Assembly: GCA_047967505.1 (NCBI GenBank)
Contig: CM106538.1
Direction: 5' to 3' (one strand)
DNA: 64,000 nucleotides
DNA from: Dipteris shenzhenensis
Taxonomy: Eukaryota
Made by a program: the position numbers and the translations under genes. The notes below the pieces were generated by a model. The model was given only the letters and a program-made list of their open reading frames with translations. It did not search any database and had not been told where the DNA came from. This document shows positions 41,516 through 52,859 of the stretch, in pieces (the stretch's first letter is position 1; each line of letters starts with the position of its first letter).

Positions 41516-41947
41516 CTGTGTGCAAGTAGAGGCCTGTTGACCCTCTATCCGTTACTCGGAGCGTCAAGGCCTGATGAAATGTCGAGGGATAAGGGCAGTG
41601 GGAACTTGGAAGACGAAGAGAGGGGATGAGGAAGGAGGGCGACACGACAGCAAAGAGATGGGAAGTGCTGGGAATGTGCACGGTCCTCGTGAAAGAAAGT
41701 AAAGAGCCTTGAAAGAAAGTAAAAGTCGACTTGTGTGTGAATGCCAAGCTCAGTTTTCAAGTTGTGTGAGAGGGAGCGAAGCTAATCTAGGTGAATGGAG
41801 TTTAAGCTGTGAGAAAAGCTATCGAATGCAAAAGCTAAAGGAAGATCAGTAGAGCGCCAATGACTTACGAGAAAGAGCACCTGGGTTTAAAGCAGAAGAG
41901 CTTTTAAAAGCAAAGCAGAACAAAGCGAGAGAGAGATTCAATATATA
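41516..41947 (-). promoter_or_regulatory. probable TATA box (41947-41942) and 5'-UTR intron (41868-41516) of the BAHD gene
   Basis: CTATATAT followed by a CT-rich leader; GTAAGT donor at 41868; CACAG acceptor 22 nt upstream of the ATG. Confidence 0.55.
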
Positions 41948-43238
41948 GAACGTGAGGTGAAGTGACAAGAGCTGCAGACTCGAGTGGGTCTGAGAGAGAG
42001 AGCTGGAGTGAGAGCTATGAAGAAGAGGGAGAGCAGAGAGAGCGTATATTTATCGATGGATGCTGCTGAGACAGATGGAGCGCATTCTCCAAAGCTCTCC
42101 GAGGGAGACAGCAAAAGGAGGTCGTCAAAATCGGCTACTGAATGCGATGACAGAGAGCTCAGAGGGGTAGCTAAAAAGAGGAGGAAGGGAGGGTGAAGGT
42201 CAGATGGAGAGAGTGAGAAAGAAAGAGAGAAGGATTTTGCATGGGCATGCATGGATGAATTAAGAGAGTCTACGTAATAGGCCGTTGATTGCTGCAATCA
42301 AATCGGAAGGTGGTTGTTAGACGACTTATCAAAAGATAAGATCGGTCATTCAATTCTAGCGCACCAAGTCTATTCAAAGCTCCGCCCATACTTCTCCTCT
42401 CCATTTAATACTCTCAAAAAAACAGCCTCTTCCAAAACCGCCGGTCTCTTTCTGTCTCACAGAAAATCGCCATTTCCAAACCCGCCCACAGATTACAACG
42501 AATTTTTGGTCCACCTTCCACATTCTTTTGGCCCCTCTCCAGCTCATTTCCCCCCGTTGATTTTCACCCGAACACACGACCGCCCTTGCTCCTCCGACTC
42601 TCGTCACCATCGTAGCGCAACCAACGCCCACCCCTTTAATAATGCCTCTATGTGACTTCTCCCCTGCTCTTGACAAATTCGCTCACGCCTCACTCTCGCC
42701 GCTTCACCACAACCTCCCAAACGTTTTCCTTATAAACTTTCCACGCTCTGCTGATCCTTCCCTATCGCCACTCTTAAGTCCCCATCGCCACTCTTAATGC
42801 CCTCTTAGTGTCGTTATACCAAAACCGGATTGATGTATTTTGAGGTCTTTGTTGTTTTCCCAAATCTAACGAGTATCGTCTCCTTTGACATTTATAATGG
42901 CTGTGATTGTGAATTTCCAAGTGTAATCTTTTAAATAATTAATTGTTGTTCAAATTGCCACTTATGGAGATATTTTAAAAACTTGTGCACCGTCACTCAC
43001 AGGCTAGGGACCCATCTTTTGAAAACCTCCCTTTTTCTCTCTTCTCTCTCTCTCTCTCTCTTTGCCACATGCAGCCCTCCTTTGCCTAGAACCTGACTCT
43101 CCTGAGTGCTAAGTGGGACATTCTCTATTAGTGCATGTTGCCACAACCCAATATTTTGTATTGGCCACAAATGAAGGTGATTGTATGATGATAAGGCTAG
43201 TCTATGGACTCATGCATTGGCTCTAGCAGAGAAATCGC

Positions 43239-43239
<1 letters not shown>

Positions 43240-43283
<44 letters not shown>

Positions 43284-43327
43284 CCCCCCTCTCTCTCTCT
43301 CTTCCCTCCCCTTCTCTCTCTCTCTCT
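43240..43327. repeat. (CT)n microsatellite
   Basis: Dinucleotide run with interruptions. Confidence 0.95.
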
Positions 43328-43921
43328 ATGTGTGTGTGTAAAGTGCTGGTCCCGAGAGATAGCCGAATCCCAAGTTGAAGCCTGCGGCTCGAATGCATGC
43401 CTTCGAATCCCATCTTGGATGCGTCCCGCTATGCACAAGAGGTGTCACGAACCCTTGCGACGTCGTCGTCCTGTCAAGCCGAGTCCCAAGATGGTTGGTT
43501 GCCGAGGGGTCACGAACCTTAGTGAAACATCCTCATGGCCAACTCCCTGTCTGGCCGAGGACTAGCCTATGTGACTAGGTCCTCGCAACCCGAATGTTGC
43601 AACGAGTTTTAGGTAGCTTTTGAGACTGGAGCTATCCAATCCGTAATCTCGAACACGAAGAGCTCGTCGTGCCCTACGCACCGGCATAGCATATTCTTAG
43701 TTTGGAAGAAAAATCCATCAACTTCAACATCCCTATGAGGTATTGTTCGTTCACATAGCTTAATAGTGTTTGATGATAAGTAAATATTTTTTTGAATTTG
43801 TAGATTTCAATCATTAGATTTTGCATGCAATTGGGGTTTTCATTTTTGCTTGGTTTGATACTTTTCTAAAACATGTCATGTTTGTATATTGTTTGTTGAT
43901 TTCAATGTTATATTATATTAG

Positions 43922-46720
43922 GTGGAAAGTGTATGAAATCATGAAAGCCCCTCAGAATTTAAAAAAGGTGGGTATCCATTCTCAAATTGATGCAAAGAAT
44001 GCACCATTTTTAAAGAGGAATGAATCCTCCTTTTAGCAAGTGAAAGTGATTCAGTAGCTCTTCGAAATCAAGGGAAAATACATATGAATTTGTGATTAGA
44101 AGGAAACATATATCCAATAGATCCACAAACTTGTGAGACTCCTTAATTCCATGGATTGACCAGCTTAATAAAGTGTCTATGTAAGGGTGAGAATGGTTTG
44201 TTAGGATATTATCGAAGGTTGATTGCTCATGGAGCACATAGCCTGCATAACCAATATCAATCTTTGCTTAATGAAAGAGACAAGGATTGCAATGTTGGAG
44301 GCTTGGAATCAATATTTAGTATCATCTATGCAAGCTACAAGTCTTCAAATGTCTGCATATGATGGCATAGAGAAGAAAAATCAGGAATTGCAGATAAAGG
44401 TTCAAACATTAGATGCTCAATTGGGAGAGAGTCCTATAAATTCAATTCACTTACAGATGCAAACTCTGAAGGATGAGATCAAAAAGTTAGAAAAAACATT
44501 ATCATTCATGAAGGATACTCTAATGGGTCCAAGACTACGTAAGAGGAAATTGCATTCAATGGATGAAATATCCAAGAAAAGTGGTCACACTGGAAGCATC
44601 GAGTGAGAGCTTGTAGGAGTGTTTCAAAACTCATGTCTATCCATGATGAACACTCTGGTGCTATGGGTGAAGTGTTTATGAAAAAAATGTTGAAGTCTAT
44701 TATACAACATCCAAAATTCAAAAGTCTAAAATTAGAGATAACATCTGAGTCAAAGAACAAAGTTGTGAAGCATTTCAATGCAACTAGTGCACAGAGAGTT
44801 TGTGATACTACAGGGATAAGTACAAGGGCATATCGGCTCATATTTAAGAGCTTAAAAACAACATGTCTTTCTATGGGAGCACAAGTTAAAGCCCAGCTTC
44901 CTAAACCGACTGATGTCAATAAGGCTAGGCATGCATTGAATTTGGGCATACTTAATTTAGTCGATGAGCCCCAACATGGATGTAGTGCACTAACTTTGAA
45001 AACAAAGGTTGGAGAGTCTAAAGAATTGTAATTGATAGTCAACAACAAATTTGTGATGGATGTTCGAAGAGTTCTGCAAGCCATGGTGAAGTTCTATGAT
45101 ATGCCTATGGAGGAATGCAATGGTTAACTAAAGATTATACTAAATCTTGATGAAAGTGAGGTGGTTAAAGGTCAAAAATTAGTTTGACAATAATGAATAG
45201 AATGTTGGACCTTGAAGTTGAGCTTAATGATGCAATACAGTTCAGTGTGTGTGCAATCAGAACAGGAGATTTGGTGGTTGGATGCCTTTGAGGTACAATT
45301 GAAATTTTAATTTTAATGCGGTAATGTAAAAAGAGTTAGAATATTTTGAAATAATATGTGAATTTTTTTTGTAGGTGCCGAAAAGAGTCAAATTCAATTT
45401 TGAAGTGGCTTTTTTACCAAACCGATATTCCAAGTGTGATCAAAGGTCATAATAATGGTGAGCTGCTTGAAGTTGAGGGCCATGGATCCTATTGTGTAGA
45501 ATGGCATGTAGCTACTCTGCTGACCTCAAGACTATATTAAATGTATGTTTAATGTGGCACATAGAGCAAATACAAGCCATCCTTGTTCACCACTGTGCAT
45601 GCAAACAAGAGTATCTGCAAAGGGTGGTAAACAGAACAAAAGCAATGGGCTTCTGAACTTGCAGAGATAGATCAAACTAAGGCATCAGATAAGGATGTTC
45701 CAGGGAAAGATCCATCATGGAGCCCAATTCTTGAAATTCCTCTTGAGAGAGTACACATTTGTGTGCTTCATGCTATTGTGAGAATAATTGAAAAGTTGGT
45801 GGATCTATACATCATTAATGCATATAACTTGAAGCCCCAACAAGAGAGTGATGCATGAATTGAGAGACTACACTCTGGGTAAGTAAAGATCATAAAAGAT
45901 GAGAAAAAATATGGAAAAATAGGCAATGTTCCTTGTAGCCAAGCTTTGGTGGTGTCAAGACTTTAAAATTCCTTTCTGCAAAGAAGAAGAATGACAATCT
46001 CAAACCTACTAATAATGAGTTTGATGTATGGAGAAAGTTACACAATGCCTATTGTGAATGAGAGGGGAAGGGAAAAAATAGATTGGAAAAGGCTCGAGTG
46101 TGATTACCTCTCGATAGCTTGGTACCTTTACTACAAAAGAAAAGATTCAAAGATGATGATGCAAAGTGTTCCATCAATGCTGTGAGTGACTTTAGTCGGA
46201 ATATGGAGATAGCTTGGGGAAAGAATCATTTCACATAGTACATGGTAATCTACATTGAGATGTGCATATTGAATGGTCCTATAATTACTAATTTGTTTTT
46301 CTATTTGGCAACACATTTTATATGCTCATGCACCATACATGGCATGAATTATGGAAGCATTGGATTGTGGTCCACTCAGAGCATGGAAAGATCGCATTGG
46401 CAAGCACGTTGTGCATATAATAGAGCAACCCAACATGGGGGTGATAGAACTAAGTCAAGCCTAATGGTTCAATTGGTTCAATGGTGGTGAATGCATATGG
46501 AAATAAGAGCAGCTACAACACTAGCATTCAAAGAGTCCTTAGTGTCCCATGCAGTGCAAGATATTAACGCGGAACGTCGAAGAAGAATATACAACTCATC
46601 AAATGCAAGATAGAATCATGCAAGGTGGCGTGCAACCCATCATAGACAAGGGCGCATAGGGTGGAGACAGATGAAAATGATGGTGTAGACTCTTCCAATG
46701 TGGATGCCCATGCATAAGTT
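43922..46720 (+). pseudogene. intron-containing RAG1/Transib-like DDE transposase, decayed (frameshifts and stops)
   Basis: In order: LKIILNLDESE (D 45149), LTIMNR, QSEQEIWWL..FE|VPKESNSIL, ADLK (D 45522), PCSPLC, PLERVHICVLHAIVRIIEKL, FT*YM|HILYAH, YGSIGLWSTQSMERSH (E 46386), RATQHGG. Introns 43780-43921, 45293-45374 and 46245-46311. Confidence 0.8.
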
Positions 46721-46949
46721 TCAAAATTTCTTTGTAATTTTAGTTATATAATTTGCAATAAATCCAAGTATAACGGCCATGAATTGCACTACAAATGAGA
46801 AATTTGGAGTTAGTGGATTTTATTTATAAATATTTAGCTCAAGGTTACACCAATTTTAGTTTTTTTATTAAAAATAAATTATAGTTTTGGGCCCTATATA
46901 AAAGAATGGGCCCTCATTTTCAGGAAAAGAAATATTTGATTATATTATA

Positions 46950-48500
46950 ATCATATGATTTGTACAATGAAGTCCCTAATGAACAAAATATTCTCCTCTA
47001 AGGAGGAAGATCTAGCCTGAATATAAAACTTCCACTGCTGAGAGGAAGGAAACGAAATTTTACATTCACTGATCTGATCAGTAGTTCTTTGATAGCAGGC
47101 TCTACCCCACTTATTGGCAGGAAAAGTTTTTTTCATCACTTGAATAGAGAAAGAAAAACTCAATGTATGACAATCAGCTTTCTCGTTCTTCTTTGATTGG
47201 AAAGAGAGAAGGAATGATCTGGGTTTACAGGTCCTAGTTGGAGTTTGGTGCAGCTTCCAATAGCTCTGATGTGCTCTTCCAGTTCCACCTATAACTGAGA
47301 AATTTGATCATTAAAATTATGGATGTCTTGATTCAACAAGTATTTAGCCTGGTCCATAGAAGATGAGAATTAGTTAGCAAGTACAAATGCATTCTTGCCA
47401 TACCAACTTATGAATAACTGCTTAGCACTTAAGTACTCATCATTAAACTGAAAGGCATTTTTGGTAATCCAAATGAACCAAAGTGCATGTGCTCACCCAT
47501 GTGGCATAAGGTATCTTTAGTACATCTCCCAGTAAAAGTGATTTCCAATTGATTGGTTCCCCTAGAACACCTTCCAGACTTTCCTAGCTCTGGGGCAGGT
47601 AATAAATAAGTGAAAAATATCTTCTTTTATCCCATGACAAGCTTTGCAAGTTCCATCTCCCTTACCAATACTCAAGCTCCTACAATTGGTCAAGATAGCT
47701 TTGTGTAGGATCAACACACAGGAGAGTGGACATTTTTTTTTTAATCTTTTTTTCCCAGATCAAAGAGAATCTGACATTCGATTTTCTCTCATTATCAGAG
47801 AGCTTCCTTCTAGAGTTGTGATGGACACCACCTCTTCTATGCCATCAAATGGAGTGGGTAGGGGCAAGAAGGAAGAGCTACCAACCCAACTAAATTCTCC
47901 GGTGTAGATTAATACACTGCCCCCTTTCCAAGTAGTGTCACCCTCCCACAGTTGAATTCTATTCATAACCAGTTCTTGATTTGCATTAGTTAGCGTGAAT
48001 TCCCTTATGATATCCAACCAATACTTCCATTTAAAGTTGTCCTTGTCCCACAGATTCCCCCAATTGTTTAATCCTTTCTTGGATAATTGCCAGGCTCTTA
48101 GGAAATCCTCATCACATAACTGATGCTTTGTGAAAAATACCAACACTAAGATTGAATCCAAAGCCACAAATCTCCCTTTGCCATAGAAAGGACTAAGTGG
48201 CTCTTGATCTATTCAAAGCACCCCACAAAGTTTTTCAAAGTTGACTTCCCTTAGTCATACAAGGCTTAGGATTGTCAATAGCCGAGAGAAGAGGGAAATT
48301 CTTCCACTTGGGGGCCCTATAAGGCATAACAAATTTAAAATTTATGAGAAGAAGGTTGGCCTAGTCACTGTCTGGAGATGTGATAGCTTTTATAATCCAA
48401 GTGGTAGCAAGCTTGTAAGCAACCAATTGAATATTGACCACTCCCAATCCCCCTTCCTTTCTTGATCTGGTGCAAAAATACCATGTGACCTTTGAAATTC
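46950..48500 (-). mobile_element. L1-type LINE ORF2 3' fragment
   Basis: CKACHGIKEDIFHLFITCPRARKVW (zf-RVT-like) at ~47570-47650; Trp-rich ORF 47760-48167. Confidence 0.75.
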
Positions 48501-48644
48501 TCCTTTTTATGTCATTGCCTCTCTCAAAGGAAAGATGTGCAAATCCTCATAAACTTTTCTAAACCTATTTCAGAAGGGCACCGGCAAGAGAGGTAGAAAA
48601 TGGAAAGTGGGTAGATACAATGATTTAAGACAACTCTTCTTCCA

Positions 48645-50790
48645 TAGGGAATGTGAGGGGAGGAGCGTTAACATGGGTGGGGAAAAGGGATTAAGAGGGG
48701 AGGGAAAGAAGAGGGAGGCTATGGCACAAGGGGAGAGGGAGAGGGGAAAGAGGAGTATGTACATGGGTGGAGGAGGAATGTAGAGATGGAGACATCAAGG
48801 GAAGAGGGTCATGCTTTATTTGAAAGGAAGGATGAGGGGAAATATCAAAGTACTAGCTAGGTGGCTTCACAAGAATGAGCGTGTCCCATCAAGGAATAGC
48901 CCCCTCCTTTTATAGCCAAGAGAGAGGGTCTCTCCCAATAAATGCATCCTCCCACATGCATGGTGTGTGTGGAAGAGTCTCCCATGTGGGCTAGGCGGTT
49001 ACATACTCTCAATTGTCTGCGATAATGCTTGGCCACATTTTTCCACATATATCAACTCCCATATCCCAAGTCTATGATACTCCCTTGGTCTCTTCCCAAT
49101 TTTATAATACGTTCAAACATCTAGGAGGACAAGTGGAGGGTTGGCACAAGGAATCTTGCCACCTCATCCTACTTTCCCCATTATTTAACTTGCACTCTTG
49201 GACCTTTTATACCTCCCCCACATGGGCCTATCCTATATGGAGGGAATAACCCAATATAATATCCATCTCCACCTATTTTATATTACTTCTCCCATGGACT
49301 TTGGGCCATATCTCACTAAATGTAGGCATGGGACCGCCTAGGTGGAGGGGTGACACATGGAGGAGCCATGCCACCTTAACAATTGATGATATTACTTCCA
49401 TGGATTATGTACAACACACCTTATGGGTCCTCTTACGTGGAAGGGTGGCACATGGTCATGCCCTACCACCTCAACCCTAGGCCCTATGCACTCCATATTT
49501 TTTTATACTATTGCCACACATATAAGCACACACTCATATTTATGCCTTTTTACTTTGGTCAAATTTATCCATAACAGTTCCCCCCCTCAGGCAAGGAATG
49601 CACAGCATTTCTATGCCTGGGACCATCACGCACAAAGAAGGGCTCGGGATAACGCTTGTTGATCACCTTCTTGCCAGATGGCTCATGTAGCTCCTGAACT
49701 TGTACAGACCCATTGCTACGTTCCTTGATGACTTTGTATGGACCGGTCCACAGTGGCAGAAACTTCTTATCGAATATACATAAATCATCTAAAAACACCT
49801 CCAAGAAATCCCCCAAATAAGGAGCAAACACCATCTGTATAAATCTTTGAAAGGTAGCAAGAGCATTGGTGAGGCCAAATGGCATTACTTTGAATGCAAA
49901 TGTCCCCCAGGGTGTGGCAAATATGGTTTTCAGCACATCTTCTTCAGTAATTCTGATTTGATAAAACTGGAAGTAACCATCACAAAAAGTATACATCTCA
50001 TGACCACTTACCTTCTCAAGAATGAGGTCTTGAAAGGGCAGAGGATGATAATCCCTCTTGGTGGCCGCATTGAGTTTCTTATAGTCGATGCAGACCTGCC
50101 ACTTGTTGTTTTTCTTTGGGGTGACTACCACTGGTGAGACCCATTTAGTATTGTGAACCGAAACAACAAACCCAACTTCTACAAGTTTCTACAACTATGA
50201 GTGCAAAGCATCATTCTATAGGGGCCCTAATCTCCGATACTTCTGAGCACACGCTTCGCATCAGGTTTCAGCTCTATCTTGTGCTCTTTGGCAGTCACAT
50301 GGCGAAGGTGGCAATAGCTAGTTGCAAAGAGGTCAGGGAAATCTTTGAACATTTCTAGGAAGTCTTTCTCACTTAGAGTGAGGTCTGGGGAAAGCATAGA
50401 TTCAAGCAGTTGAGGACTAGCTGTTACCTTTTCTATAGGTGGCAGGGTCGGAGACACCCCCATCATGTAAACTTCCTCCTCTGAGAACTCCTCCCCCCTG
50501 TCTGATTCTTCCATTGTTTTAGACACCGAGGATGAGAGAGTATCACTGTCTTGCTCCTCTTCTTCTTCTGGTTCCGTGGCACCTAGTTGCACTGGGATCT
50601 TCTCCTTTGAAGCACCAAAAGACATGTGTCCTGTCTTCCAATAGCTGACTGCATCACTCTTTCTCAACCATGGTCTCCCAAGTATGGCTAGGTATTTGTT
50701 GCCTGTATCTTCAATGTCCACTACATAGAAATTGACGGTGGTGGTCAACCCATTAATAGTGATGGGCAATTCCTAAATGACTCCCAGGGT
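48645..50790 (-). mobile_element. Ty3/gypsy (non-chromovirus, Athila/Tat-like) 3' half: protease C-half, RT fused in frame to the integrase tail, PPT, 3' LTR (49576 to ~48645)
   Basis: LGVI*ELPITING...ILGRPWL; RT WQVCIDYKKLN, YHPLPF, MPFGLTNA, FLDD; IN tail KFLPLWTGPYKV; PPT GAGGGGGGGAAC then TGTTA at 49576. Confidence 0.92.
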
Positions 50791-52850
50791 GGCTCAGTAG
50801 GAATGGGAACATCTATAAGGAATAGCCGTTAGTCTATAAAAATATGCCAAACTCATGTTTTTTATGTGGATTGTCCTCACATGCAGTCAAAAGTTGTCCT
50901 TTAAAGAGGGGCGAAGCTAAACCTACTAGGGAATCTACACTAGCCTGTCGACCTCCTAAGACCATATGGACTATCAAAGCTACCAAAGGTCAGTGTGATC
51001 CTAATCCAAACAATGCTAGAAAATCTCCCAACCCCCAAAAAATGGTTAATCCCCCTGCTACTGTAGTTGAAACAAATATTTCTTATGAAGATCTCATAGA
51101 TCAAGAGATTAAGCAGTGGATTTAGGAATGGGTTATAGAAGAGGAAGATGTCAAACCAAGTTGGTCTCAAGCATTTGAGAAAGTAATAAACTAGAAAGAT
51201 ACCATCATGAGTGAGAGTGAAGCTGATGACTCTAAAGAGGAACTCGCCCACCCTAGTTGAGACATGTTAAAAGGATTTAACCTTGAAGGGCAAAGATCAT
51301 GCTACTATCCTTTTAAAAAAAAGATGATCTCAAGTGAAGTGGGGGGGAGGGGGAGGGGGAGGTGGAGATGGAGGGGGAGGGGGGAGGGGGAGGTGGAGAT
51401 GGAGGGGGGAGGGGGAGGGGGAGAGGGGGATGGAGGGGGAGGGGGGGAGGGGGAGGTGGAGATGGAGGGGGGAGGGGGAGGGGATGGTGGAGATGGAGGG
51501 GTAGGGGGGAGGGGGAGGTGGAGGTGGAGATGGAGGGGGGAGGGGGTGGTAGAAATGAAGAGGGAAGGGGGAGGGGCTAGAGCTTCCCCTCCAAAAGCCT
51601 TGCCCCCAAGGCTAAAAGGGGGGGGGGGGGGGATGGTAAGTAAGCCAATATCCTTTTTCACACTCAATGTGTGTGGACTTTGTGATCCTCAAGAACTTTC
51701 AAGCTAGCTCAAAGAAAATGCATTTTCTCCCACTTTTTTAGCTTTGCAAGAAGTTAAAGTTAGATATGATTACTAGAACAAATACTAATGACAGTTGATA
51801 AGAAAAGGGTATGGTTCTAAGAAGGGTAGAGCTGGCACTGCTTTGGGTGTACTATCTCATTACAAGGAAGGCATTCTTGATAGTCAAACAGATAGGTGGG
51901 TTTCAGTTGGGTTTCAGTTAGATGAAAATTTTAATTTTTTTCTCTCACAGCAGCTTCAATCTGTGCCCCTACTAGAACACAATTAAGAAAAAATACTCGG
52001 AAATCACGTTTTAATACTATTTAGCATGGGGAACTAGTAGAGGATAGATGGTTTAAAAAGGATCCCTAAGGTCCACTCTTGGGGGGATCTCAAAGAGAAC
52101 TCACAATTGGTTGACTCTACACCATGTATTTTTACTTGGTGCAATAGATAGGTGGGAGAATATAGGAGGGAAACAAGATTAGACATAATTTATATTTCTC
52201 AGGGTCTCTTAGACCAGGCCATTTCTCACGTGTACTACAATGGCCTCCTTAACACTTTTTGATCACAAACCAATTCTATCTATCTTTGATTTTAGCTCAG
52301 GGAAAAGAATCCCTTTCTAGTTCAAAGCAAACCCTCAACCCTCTAAGTTATAGGTAGTGCAAGAGATATCATCACAGCACAACTACATGCTTTTTGTTTT
52401 GATACTTTTGCTTCAGAGGCTTGGTTTTTGGGTTTCCAACACTTAGAAAATACTTAATAATGCTAGAAAAATGGGGCAATTAATTATGCCACAGGATGAT
52501 GGATAAACTGAGAGATGAACCAAAAATTTTGGAACAAAAAGCTAGGCAACAAGACACTCAAGCTCATATTTTGCTTTGGGGGGGGAAAATGAAAGAGATA
52601 AGATAACAAGAGAAAATCAAAATTAGGGAAGCTAAAATCCATTTTAGAGAGTGGTGGGTAGACAAGATTCATAGACCAACTAGAGAAAATTTTAAGCTTA
52701 TCAAAAAGAAAAGACTCGAGGAGGAAATTCCTTTCCTAAAAAAAGGGCATTTGGCATAGTAGCTAAATCTAATTAAAAGAACATCAAATTCATTCTTCAT
52801 CATTTTTAGGGATTGCTCAACGCAACAATGAAACAAATCAATCAGAATAA
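50790..52850 (+). mobile_element. L1-type LINE fragment (ORF1 zinc knuckle, APE endonuclease), related to the LINE at 24890-30385
   Basis: YKNMPNSCFLCGLSSHAVKSCP; FFTLNVCGL, LQEVK, TRLDIIYIS, DHKPI. Confidence 0.85.
51338..51632 (+). repeat. G-rich minisatellite-like tract (GGGGGA / GGTGGAGATGGA units)
   Basis: Dense runs of 5-12 G. Confidence 0.92.
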
Positions 52851-52859
52851 AACAAACAT

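Noticed and set aside
42900-47000. RSS-like TIRs or a RAG2-like partner around the RAG1-like gene
   Set aside because: Only a weak CACCGTC at 42988 with no matching right end, and no kelch/PHD-like ORF visible. The right flank is replaced by a LINE fragment.
51264-51707. Gly-rich and extensin-like Pro-rich ORFs
   Set aside because: Products of the G-rich repeat inside a LINE.
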